A stretch of DNA of 64,000 nt. Origin: Callorhinchus milii (lineage: Eukaryota). The notes beneath the pieces were generated by a model, which made no database searches, was not told the DNA's origin, and saw only the letters and a program-made list of their open reading frames with translations. Location of the stretch: contig NW_024704742.1 of NCBI RefSeq assembly GCF_018977255.1, positions 115,074,001 through 115,138,000 of the forward strand, written 5' to 3'. Made by a program: the position numbers and the translations under genes. Positions 1 to 11,178 of the stretch are shown here, piece after piece (within the stretch, counting starts at the first letter, position 1; the number at the start of each line of letters is the position of its first letter).

Positions 1-634
1 CAGCTCTTCATTTGTCATTTCAACATTCAATGCTGCAGAGATAAGTTAGGTTTCAGAAAAGTACTAATCTTCATTTGTTTGTTAGAACCCAGTTGTTAGT
101 CAATTGGCAGATTGCTAACCGGGGTGTACAAAAAAAATTGTGTCACTCAATCTACGACTGTTTCTGGGCCACTGTTGTGCACAATCAGCTGCCACATTTC
201 GCCCATAAAATGTACGATCAATTCACTTTACAATTTATTCTGTGAAGCGCTTTGAGATGTCTTGATGACGTGATTAAGCGCTACATCAAATGCAAGGATT
301 ATTATTATTATTGTTAAAAGCAAAAAAGACATATTCTCGATTTTGCCTTAATACATAATTACTGTATCTAGTGATGCCAACATAGAGAACATTTTTATTT
401 CTTCAAAAAACAATTTGTTTTATCCTCCTAGAAATTCTTTTCACAGTTTCTTTTTTCAGTAAAACAATAACAAAATTACATTTGTATAGCGCCTTTCACA
501 TCAGGCAAATGATAAGATCATCTAGTAGAACATTGACATGAAGACTTACACTGTATATATTTTAAAAATTGAAAAGGTGTAATACATTCCTGATCCAAGC
601 AGAGGATTCAATATATTATAGCACTAATACTCAC

Positions 635-721
635 TTGCACGATCACAGGAAGGATTTGGATGAAGAAGGCGCTTTGGTTCATTCAATCGCAATCTTTCAG
701 AATACCGTCCCTTCTCTCTTC
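635..721 (-). CDS. CCDC125: Candidate internal CCDC125 exon (87 nt, phase 1-1; REKGRYSERLRLNEPKRLLHPNPSCDRA)
   Basis: AG...GTGAGT boundaries on the minus strand; open and phase-compatible with the 2195-2504 exon. Weak polypyrimidine tract and no recalled match to the human protein. Confidence 0.45.
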
Positions 722-1038
722 CTATCATACCACCAAATTTAGAGTTCTACCCTCAGTCAGCCTTCCAAATAACTCATTCCAGATGTTACTGGAGTTACTG
801 GACTCATACATTGAGTTTTGTATTAATTATTGATGAGTTTATCCAGATACAAGCACTTTATCATGTTAGGGTTTGATATTTATTAGGCACATTGGCACAG
901 ATATAGTATTAAAAAATATGGAGGAGATCAGGCTTCACATATCTTGTTCCACATGCATCTATTTATTTCACTGTTAATCACATTCACTGCTTTCCTCCGA
1001 CTTCAGTTACTGCTGAAAATACAGCACTACAACTTACT

Positions 1039-1333
1039 ATAATAATAATAATCCTTGCATTTGATATAGCGCTTTTCACGTCTTCTAGATGTCTCAAAAT
1101 GCTTCACAGAATATACTGTAAAGTGAATTGAATGTATATTCTGTCGGTGAAATGCGGTAGCCAATTGGGTACAGCAGTGTCCCACAAACAGCCGTGGATT
1201 GAAGTGACCAATCTTTATTTTTTTGTTTTTAAGGGATTATTATCAGGCACGTAGAGTAAGGAAACTTGCCCAAGGTTTCACCCTGCCGGGAATCGAACCC
1301 AGGTCTCTCGCTTGCAAAGCGAGTGCTCTAACC
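1039..1333 (-). mobile_element. tRNA-derived SINE with L2-like 3' end and (TTA)n tail
   Basis: Minus strand reads TGGTTAGAGCACTCGC-TTTGCAA-GCGAG...GGTTCGATTCCC (B box), then the shared tail AAATGCAAGGATTATTATT. Same family as 31020-31294 and 33597-33917. Confidence 0.85.
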
Positions 1334-1659
1334 ATACCTTAGCACATACATCCTCCTGTAGATCGATGTGCTCTAGTTCATCTTTAACCCTTTCTGATTT
1401 TCTCTTTGTTACATTCTAAGTATGAATCCATTCATCTCTTCAGATTCTCTTCACCTCTTTTCTTGCCAATTGTCTCCCTTCTTCCTCCTCGACCTCTTCC
1501 TTTTCTTCTTGCCGAGTACTGCCAAGCTATAGTTCCTCCAGCACCCTCTGCTTCACCTGAGCCAAGTGCATGTTTATGTGTGACCCTGGATCCTAAAGTG
1601 TTGCCAGTTTATTCATTACAGAGAAGCTTGATCCTGTAAATACTTTACGTAACATCAAG

Positions 1660-1860
1660 CGAGGCAATTCTGGCTGATTTCATTCACCCCCTCCTTAGTC
1701 CAGGGGCGCTCTGAGATCAACTGTAGCAAACCAATTATTTTATCAACTCAGATCAGCTCACTCAGCGAACGCCAGAGATTCAATCTGCATCTTTCTGGTC
1801 TGTATGACTTAATACAATACACCTAGCGATACATTTACCTACCAGGCCATCAGAGGGAGT
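1660..1860 (-). mobile_element. Old tRNA-SINE fragment (CATACAGACCAG...GCTGATCT...GCGCCCCTGG core)
   Basis: Diverged relatives at ~4240-4380, ~23295-23345 and ~48560-48820. Resembles ancient vertebrate SINEs from memory; family name unverified. Confidence 0.55.
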
Positions 1861-2194
1861 ACAATAACTCTAACAAATTCTCCTTACAACTGATAAAACC
1901 GCTCCAAAAGATATGTAGAACAATTTCACTGATGGTAAAGAAACAGAAACAACTCCCAACAGCTGATCAAGTGATTTTGGCTAAAACAGAACGTGACTGA
2001 CTGCAGTAAAATTGATATGAGGAATTATAAAATTCTCAGCTTCTCCTATAGTTCATTCAGCAACATATATTGAGAACTGCTACAAATTTACAAGTTTCCT
2101 AACTTAGGAAATCTAAACGTATTTGCTTGCACAAGCTTTATAGCTATTTATTGTGGGACAGATGATATCAAAGCAAAAGCTTAGTGAAGTTTAC

Positions 2195-2504
2195 CAGCGC
2201 TGCTGCGTCGCTTGTGGGCATACATTGCATCAGCGGAGGTCAGTTTGTGCATTGAATGAGGGAAACTGTTGTATTTGGTCCAACGGAAACATGGTATGTT
2301 TTCGTTTTCTTCACCCTCTTTAGCATCTCTACCCGGGCCACAGTCAGTGGCATCTGATCCTTGTCGAGATCTTGTGCTCTCCACATTTAAATCTGTTTTT
2401 TGCTCATAGATGCCGCCAGGTTTCCTGCGAAGGCCATCGCCCAAGTCTCCACTCGACATGTCATCTTCCACCTTTTGCCTCGGTGTTCCAGGTCCTTCAG
2501 ACAT
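2195..2504 (-). CDS. CCDC125: CCDC125 first coding exon (gene continues off the left edge of the window)
   Basis: EDDMSSGDLGDGLRRKPGGIYE closely matches the recalled human N-terminus (EDDMTEGDLGYGLGRKPGGIYE). Acceptor at 2539-2540, ATG at 2504, GTAAAC donor after 2195; syntenic with AK6/RAD17/MARVELD2. Confidence 0.88.
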
Positions 2505-2719
2505 TCGTGGCTTCACTTGGATTTAGTTGCTTATTTACCTGCATGAGATGAAAAGTACCAAAATGAAACAGCGAACCTTTATTTTGAAAGAAAAATGTAT
2601 CAAATTAATTTGTTCTGAACAATTCGCCTTCAGAGATTTGAAAGAAATAAACTTGAGCTTCAAAGGTGGCCCTGATAAGCACAGCTCAGTGAAGCACTAA
2701 GACATACAGATAGGTTTGA

Positions 2720-3450
2720 GTGCCAATCTTCAGATGAGATGTTAAACTGAAGTCCCATCTGCCTGTACAGATGGACATTAAAGTTCTATTTGAAAAGAGA
2801 AAGGGATTTCGCCCGGTGTCCTGACCAACAATCTCCCAACTAAAATTGATCACGCACTCCATGACCGTTTGTGGGACACTGCTGTGCATATCTGACTGCT
2901 GTGCTTTGTCCACAAAATACACAGTCAATCCACTTTACAGTTTATCCTGTGAAGCACTTTGAGACGACTCAACAACAACAACAAGATTTCATTTATAGAG
3001 CGCCTTTCACGTCAGGAGGACGTCCCAAGGCACTGGACAGTTGGGTCAAGACCCAAGCAGGGGGGAACTGGTCAGGGTGAGGGGAGGGAAGGGGCGAGGA
3101 GGGGTAGAGAGTCGAGAGGGGAGCTGAAGGCACAGTCAAAGAGTAAGGTCTTGAGACCGGCCTTGAAGGAGGAAAGGGAGGAGCAAGGCGAAGGCACTGG
3201 GGATGGAGTTCCAGAGCCTCGGGGCTGAGAGGCTGAAGGCCCGGCCACCGATGGTAGGACGGTTAGGGCGGGGGATGTGGAGCAGACCGGAGACAGAAGA
3301 ACGGAGAGTACGGGCGGGTAGGTAGGGGGATAGTAGGTCGGAGAGGTAGGAGGGAGCAAGGCCGTGAATGGCCTTGTAGGTGAGGATGAGGATCTTGAAT
3401 TCAACTCAACAATGTGATAAGGCACTATAGCAAGGATTATTATTATTATT
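2720..3450 (+). mobile_element. DeuSINE-like SINE interrupted by an antisense L2 3' fragment (~2976-3403)
   Basis: GATGAGATGTTAAACTGA...GGTGTCCTGACCAAC Deu-type core; SINE tail resumes at ~3413; ACTCAACAA duplicated at 2967-2975 and 3404-3412. Confidence 0.75.
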
Positions 3451-5388
3451 TTAGTAAGATAATCTCATTTTAGGCAGTGGCTTGGCAGTATTTCAATAGA
3501 CCTGATGATACACTAAAACACCAAAGGTACAATAGGGATATTTTTTCCACCTTGTTCTCAAATTGTCAACAGGCTAAAGTGTGGAGAAAATATTTATTTT
3601 TGTTTTCACCCCTTTTTAGTTGAATATTTAGCTTACAAAATACAGTCACTACATTTTACAGTATATCCTGTGAAGCCTCAAGACGTGAAACACACTATAT
3701 GAAAGGCAATGATTACTATTATAGTTTTATTTTTAGGGGTAGTTCCTCTCAATCCCTAATGCAATCAGATGTATCTTGTATTGTGGCATTTTACACTGCC
3801 TGTGAGCAAAACAGTCAATGCCAAGTCACTGAGTCAGACTGAGACACATAGTATCACTATTGTAGCAGGAATTTATTTTTAGATTTGGCCTAAGAGAACT
3901 CCATACATTTACTCCATACAACTCCACACAGGGTTGAGCCAAGATTGAGTTGATAGACAGTCCTCTGGATGGATGGAATTTCAATGCAGAATTCAATGAA
4001 ATTCAATGGTTAGTTTAGATACTCTTAAGCATGGTGATAGGTTGCCGCATGTATCTGACACTCAGCTGACCAAAAAATAATCAATGCGGAAACTGGGGTG
4101 ACTGAGAGAGAGCAGGAGCTGGTACTCAGTTTGGGTTAAAATGTCTGAAAATCATACTCGAGCCATGAATTCTGAAACTGTGGCAGGAGAGCTTCCTCAA
4201 TAGAGTTGTGGATGACAGCAATACAACAATAAAGACACAAGCAGATCAGAAGGTTAGTCTATGCTGAATTAGCTGATCTAAGCTTGGGCAGCTGTTGGGG
4301 CATCCCCAACCGGCCTTAGAGAGGGCAAAATCAACCAGCAGACCCACTCCAAACTTTGATCCAGTGATTCACTGGAGGGCAACCGGCAATTGTGGGACTA
4401 CACACCAGTAAAACACTCAGCACCTTCAGGAGAGGAAAAAGTAAAATTGGCAAGTCAATGAGCAAAAGCCACGTGCAACCAGAAACAGAGGCTGACACTA
4501 TCTCCAGAGGCAATGTTTATGTTGTAGTGAGGGTGGGGGGGATGAGTCAAATAGTAGAGGATCACTTACCACAGGTAAGAGAAACAGCAGTGGACATTGC
4601 TCAATACACAGAATCTAATTCTCTCCAAGTATTTTATTTTTTCACCCACAATGTACACAACAAATCCACTTTACGCTATATCTTGTGAAGGATTATTACT
4701 GAAGATGGAAGTGGATTAACTTTTTCTCTGAAAAACACTAACTCTTAGGGGTGTTTAGTTCTGTGAGCACCAATGGTTCACCCAAAGTATATGTAGATCA
4801 GGTAACAGCACAGATCAGGTACTGAACGAGTGAGGAAGAGAAAACAGGTTAAAAAAAGTGTATCAGCAAAAGGTTTAGCCTCTCCTAAATGTAGGTGGAT
4901 TTAATTTCCGTCGAACGACTGCAGGGGCACATAGAATCTTACAGCACAGAAGGAGGCCATTCGGCCCATCGTGCCTGTGCTGGGTGGTTGAAAGAGCTCT
5001 CCAAGTAGTCCCAGTCCCCCGCTCTCTCCCCATAGGCCTGCACGTTTTTCCTTTTCAAGTACATATCCAATTCCCTTTTCGCAACTTATTATTTTACCGC
5101 TGTAATATAATAAAGCCCAGACACGGGTGCCCTGGCACTATTTGCCCCTGGTGATGGTCTGGGTTTTCCCTGTGTTGAGGGAAGAGGAGTGGATCAGGGG
5201 GAGTGGAGTGACCTTGGGAGTCACATCCTGAAACAGAAGAGATCAGAGCTCCTGGTGACCACCTCTATCCCAGACCAGTCACACACAGCAGGAACACGCA
5301 CCACCTGGTGGTCCCATCAAAGAATATAATAGACACAGATTTCTTACAGGCAATAAGAGGTTTAGGAAATGTCGCAGAAGTGCTGCCT

Positions 5389-6212
5389 CTCCCCTCCCCC
5401 ACCACCCCAACCCCACCAACCCCATCACCACCCCCACCAACCCCACCCCCACCAACCCCACCCCCACCAACCTCAACCCACCAACCCCAACCCCACCACA
5501 CAACCCCACCACCACCCCACCACCACCCCCACCAACCCCCACCCCCCCCCACCAACCCACCCCCACCAACCCCAAACCCCCCCCCACCACCACCCCCACC
5601 AACCCCAACCCCCCCCCACAACCCCACCACACCAACTCCCCCCCCACCACCAACCCACCACCACCCCCCACCACCCCCACCAACCCCAACCCTCCCCCCC
5701 CCACCACCACCACCCCCACCAACCCCACTCCCCCACCCACACCACCACCAACCCCCCCCACACAACCCCACCACCACCCCCAACCCACCACCCCCCACAA
5801 CCCACCCCTCCCCCCACACAACTCCACCACCACCCCCACCAACTCCAACCACCACCCCCACTCAACCCCACCACCACCCACCACACCACCACCCCCACCC
5901 CCACTACCCCAGCACCCCCAGCACCCCCCAACCCCACCCCACCAACCCCACCCCTCCCCCCACAACCCCACCCCACCACCACCAACCCCACCCCCACCAA
6001 ACCCCACCAGCACCAACCCTCCCCACCACCAACCCCACCAACCACCCCCACCAGCACCCCACCAACCCCAAACCCTCCCCCCACCACCACCCACCAACCA
6101 ACTCCCTCCCCACCCCCACCCCACCAACCCCAACCCCTCCCCAACACCCCCACCACCACCCCACCAACCCCACCACCACCCCACTAACCCAACCCTCCCA
6201 CCACCAGCTCCA
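5389..6212 (+). repeat. C/A-rich low-complexity degenerate tandem repeat (CCA/CCCCA/CCAAC)
   Basis: Directly visible; source of spurious Pro/His/Thr and Gly/Trp/Val ORFs. Confidence 0.95.
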
Positions 6213-6237
6213 NNNNNNNNNNNNNNNNNNNNNNNNN

Positions 6238-7074
6238 TGGAGCTGGTGGTGGGAGGGTTGGGTTAGTGGGGTGGTGGTGGGGTTGGTGGGGTGGTGGTGG
6301 GGGTGTTGGGGGAGGGGTTGGGGTTGGTGGGGTGGGGGTGGGGAGGGAGTTGGGTTGGTGGGTGTGTGGTGGGGGGGAGGGTTTGGGGTTGGTGGGGTGC
6401 TGTGTGGGGTGGTTGTGGGGTTGGTGGTGGGGAGGGTTGGTGCTGGTGGGGTTTGGTGGGGGTGGGGTTGGTGGTGGTGGGGGGGGGTTGTGGGGGGAGG
6501 GGTGGGGTTGGTGGGGTGGGGTTGGGGGGTGCTGGGGGTGCTGGGGGTAGTGGGGGTGCTGGTGGGGTTAGTGGGGGTGCTGGTGGGGTTGGTGGGGGTG
6601 GTGGTGGAGTTGGTGGGGGTGGTGGTGGAGTTGTGTGGGGGGAGGGGTTGGGGTTGTGGGGTGGTGGTGGGTTGGGGGGTGGTGGTGGGGTTGGTGTTGG
6701 GGGGGGGTTGGTGGGGTGGTGTGGGGTGGGGGAGGGTGGGGTTGGTGGGGTGGTGGTGGTGGGAGTGGGGGAGGGTTGGGGTTGGTGGGGTGGTGGGGGT
6801 GGTGGTGGGTTGGTGGTGGGGGAGGGGTTGGTGTGGTGGGGTTGTGGGGGAGGGGTTGGGGTTGGTGGGGGTGGTGGTGGGGGGGGGTTTGGGGTTGGTG
6901 GGGGTGGGTTGGTGGTGGGGAGGGGGGGGTTGGTGGGGGTGGTGGTGGGGTGTGTGGTGGGGTTGGTGGTGGGGTTGGGGGGTGGGGTTGGGTTGGTGGG
7001 GGTGGGGGTTGGTGGGGGTGGGGTTGGGGTGGTGGTGGGGTTGGTGGGGGTGGTTGGGTGGTGGGGGAGGGGAG
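6238..7074 (+). repeat. G/T-rich low-complexity repeat (reverse-complement counterpart of 5389-6212)
   Basis: Directly visible; unit order is not identical to the left tract. Confidence 0.95.
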
Positions 7075-9961
7075 AGCAGCACTTCTGCGACATTTCCTAA
7101 CCTCTTATTGCCTGTAAGAAATCTGTGTCTATTATATTCTTTGATGGGACCACCAGGTGGTGCGTGTTCCTGCTGTGTGTGACTGGTCTGGGATAGAGGT
7201 GGTCACCAGGAGCTCTGATCTCTTCTGTTTCAGGATGTGACTCCCAAGGTCACTCCACTCCCCCTGATCCACTCCTCTTCCCTCAACACAGGGATAACCC
7301 AGACCATCACCAGGGGCAAATAGTGCCAGGGCACCCGTGTCTGGGCTTTATTATATTACAGCGGTAAAATAATAAGTTGCGAAAAGGGAATTGGATATGT
7401 AATTGGATAAGGAAAAACGTGCAGGCCTATGGGGAGAGAGCGGGGGACTGGGACTACTTGGAGAGCTCTTTCAACCACCCAGCACAGGCACGATGGGCCG
7501 AATGGCCTCCTTCTGTGCTGTAAGATTCTATGTGCCCCTGCAGTCATTCGACGGAAATTAAATCCACCTACATTTAGGAGAGGCTGAACTTTTTGCTGAT
7601 ACACTTTTTTTTACCTGTTTTCTCTTCCTCACTCGTTCAGTACCTGATCTGTGCTGTTACCTGATCTACATATACTTTGGGTGAACCGTTGGTGCTCACA
7701 GAACTAAACACCCCTAAGAGTTAGTGTTTTTCAGAGAAAAAGTTAATCCACTTCCATCTTCAGTAATAATCCTTCACAAGATATAGCGTAAAGTGGATTT
7801 GTTGTGTACATTGTGGGTGAAAAAATAAAATACTTGGAGAGAATTAGATTCTGTGTATTGAGCAATGTCCACTGCTGTTTCTCTTACCTGTGGTAAGTGA
7901 TCCTCTACTATTTGACTCATCCCCCCCACCCTCACTACAACATAAACATTGCCTCTGGAGATAGTGTCAGCCTCTGTTTCTGGTTGCACGTGGCTTTTGC
8001 TCATTGACTTGCCAATTTTACTTTTTCCTCTCCTGAAGGTGCTGAGTGTTTTACTGGTGTGTGTCCCACAATTGCCGGTTGCCCTCCAGTGAATCACTGG
8101 ATCAAAGTTTGGAGTGGGTCTGCTGGTTGATTTTGCCCTCTCTAAGGCCGGTTGGGGATGCCCCAACAGCTGCCCAAGCTTAGATCAGCTAATTCAGCAT
8201 AGACTAACCTTCTGATCTGCTTGTGTCTTTATTGTTGTATTGCTGTCATCCACAACTCTATTGAGGAAGCTCTCCTGCCACAGTTTCAGAATTCATGGCT
8301 CGAGTATGATTTTCAGACATTTTAACCCAAACTGAGTACCAGCTCCTGCTCTCTCTCAGTCACCCCAGTTTCCGCATTGATTATTTTTTGGTCAGCTGAG
8401 TGTCAGATACATGCGGCAACCTATCACCATGCTTAAGAGTATCTAAACTAACCATTGAATTTCATTGAATTCTGCATTGAAATTCCATCCATCCAGAGGA
8501 CTGTCTATCAACTCAATCTTGGCTCAACCCTGTGTGGAGTTGTATGGAGTAAATGTATGGAGTTCTCTTAGGCCAAATCTAAAAATAAATTCCTGCTACA
8601 ATAGTGATACTATGTGTCTCAGTCTGACTCAGTGACTTGGCATTGACTGTTTTGCTCACAGGCAGTGTAAAATGCCACAATACAAGATACATCTGATTGC
8701 ATTAGGGATTGAGAGGAACTACCCCTAAAAATAAAACTATAATAGTAATCCTTGCCTTTCATATAGTGTGTTTCACGTCTTGAGGCTTCACAGGATTTAC
8801 TGTAAAATGTAGTGACTGTATTTTGTAAGCTAAATATTCAACTAAAAAGGGGTGAAAACAAAAATAAATATTTTCTCCACACTTTAGCCTGTTGACAATT
8901 TGAGAACAAGGTGGAAAAAATATCCCTATTGTACCTTTGGTGTTTTAGTGTATCATCAGGTCTATTGAAATACTGCCAAGCCACTGCCTAAAATGAGATT
9001 ATCTTACTAAAATAATAATAATAATCCTTGCTATAGTGCCTTATCACATTGTTGAGTTGAATTCAAGATCCTCATCCTCACCTACAAGGCCATTCACGGC
9101 CTTGCTCCCTCCTACCTCTCCGACCTACTATCCCCCTACCTACCCGCCCGTACTCTCCGTTCTTCTGTCTCCGGTCTGCTCCACATCCCCCGCCCTAACC
9201 GTCCTACCATCGGTGGCCGGGCCTTCAGCCTCTCAGCCCCGAGGCTCTGGAACTCCATCCCCCAGTGCCTTCGCCTTGCTTCCTCCCTTTCCTCCTTCAA
9301 GGCCGGTCTCAAGACCTTTCTCTTTGACTGTGCCTTCAGCTCCCCTCTCGACTCTCTACCCCCTCCTCGCTCCCTTCCCTCCCCTCACCCTGACCAGTTC
9401 CCCCCCTGCTTGGGTCTTGACCCAACTGTCCAGTGCCTTGGGACGTCCTCCTGACGTGAAAGGCGCTCTATAAATGAAATCTTGTTGTTGTTGTTGAGTC
9501 GTCTCAAAGTGCTTCACAGGATAAACTGTAAAGTGGATTGACTGTGTATTTTGTGGACAAAGCACAGCAGTCAGATATGCACAGCAGTGTCCCACAAACG
9601 GTCATGGAGTGCGTGATCAATTTTAGTTGGGAGATTGTTGGTCAGGACACCGGGCGAAATCCCTTTCTCTTTTCAAATAGAACTTTAATGTCCATCTGTA
9701 CAGGCAGATGGGACTTCAGTTTAACATCTCATCTGAAGATTGGCACTCAAACCTATCTGTATGTCTTAGTGCTTCACTGAGCTGTGCTTATCAGGGCCAC
9801 CTTTGAAGCTCAAGTTTATTTCTTTCAAATCTCTGAAGGCGAATTGTTCAGAACAAATTAATTTGATACATTTTTCTTTCAAAATAAAGGTTCGCTGTTT
9901 CATTTTGGTACTTTTCATCTCATGCAGGTAAATAAGCAACTAAATCCAAGTGAAGCCACGA

Positions 9962-10271
9962 ATGTCTGAAGGACCTGGAACACCGAGGCAAAAGGTGGAA
10001 GATGACATGTCGAGTGGAGACTTGGGCGATGGCCTTCGCAGGAAACCTGGCGGCATCTATGAGCAAAAAACAGATTTAAATGTGGAGAGCACAAGATCTC
10101 GACAAGGATCAGATGCCACTGACTGTGGCCCGGGTAGAGATGCTAAAGAGGGTGAAGAAAACGAAAACATACCATGTTTCCGTTGGACCAAATACAACAG
10201 TTTCCCTCATTCAATGCACAAACTGACCTCCGCTGATGCAATGTATGCCCACAAGCGACGCAGCAGCGCTG
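9962..10271 (+). other. CCDC125: Mirror copy of the CCDC125 first coding exon in the inverted duplication (orphan; probably artefactual)
   Basis: Same translation as 2195-2504. The duplicated arm ends at 11001 and no downstream CCDC125 exons follow on the + strand. Confidence 0.75.
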
Positions 10272-11000
10272 GTAAACTTCACTAAGCTTTTGCTTTGATA
10301 TCATCTGTCCCACAATAAATAGCTATAAAGCTTGTGCAAGCAAATACGTTTAGATTTCCTAAGTTAGGAAACTTGTAAATTTGTAGCAGTTCTCAATATA
10401 TGTTGCTGAATGAACTATAGGAGAAGCTGAGAATTTTATAATTCCTCATATCAATTTTACTGCAGTCAGTCACGTTCTGTTTTAGCCAAAATCACTTGAT
10501 CAGCTGTTGGGAGTTGTTTCTGTTTCTTTACCATCAGTGAAATTGTTCTACATATCTTTTGGAGCGGTTTTATCAGTTGTAAGGAGAATTTGTTAGAGCT
10601 ATTGTACTCCCTCTGATGGCCTGGTAGGTAAATGTATCGCTAGGTGTATTGTATTAAGTCATACAGACCAGAAAGATGCAGATTGAATCTCTGGTGTTAG
10701 CTGAGTGAGCTGATCTGAGTTGATAAAATAATTGGTTTGCTACAGTTGATCTCAGAGCGCCCCTGGACTAAGGAGGGGGTGAATGAAATCAGCCAGAATT
10801 GCCTCGCTTGATGTTACGTAAAGTATTTACAGGATCAAGCTTCTCTGTAATGAATAAACTGGCAACACTTTAGGATCCAGGGTCACACATAAACATGCAC
10901 TTGGCTCAGGTGAAGCAGAGGGTGCTGGAGGAACTATAGCTTGGCAGTACTCGGCAAGAAGAAAAGGAAGAGGTCGAGGAGGAAGAAGGGAGACAATTGG

Positions 11001-11178
11001 CCACTCCCTCCCTCCCCCCGCCCCCCACTCCCCCCTCCCCCCGCCCCCCACTCCCTCCCTCCCCCCCCCCCCCACTCCCTCCCTCCCTCCCCCCCCCCCC
11101 TCCCTCCCCCCCCCCACCCTCCCTCTCCCCCCCCACCCCCTCCCTCTCCCCCCCCCACTCCCTCCCTCCCTCCCCCCC
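11001..11178 (+). repeat. C-rich low-complexity tract (CCCT/CCCCACT) at the outer junction of the inverted duplication
   Basis: Directly visible. Confidence 0.9.

Larger units (their letters stand above)
1465..11001. repeat. Large inverted duplication: arm 1465-6212, 25-N gap 6213-6237, arm 6238-11001
   Basis: Mirror ORFs (2181-2516/9950-10285; 2686-2928/9538-9780; 4392-4688/7774-8166). CCAGCTCCA-N25-TGGAGCTGG flanks the gap. Scattered substitutions and indels between the arms. Confidence 0.95.

Noticed and set aside
1337..1635. Purine-rich, exon-like minus-strand segment with an AAG|GTATGG donor (possible CCDC125 exon)
   Set aside because: In-frame stops from each acceptor I tested; no recognisable homology.
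5265..7182. Long Pro/His/Thr-rich and Gly/Val/Trp-rich ORFs (up to 624 aa)
   Set aside because: Stop-free translations of low-complexity DNA in most frames; some read through the N gap.
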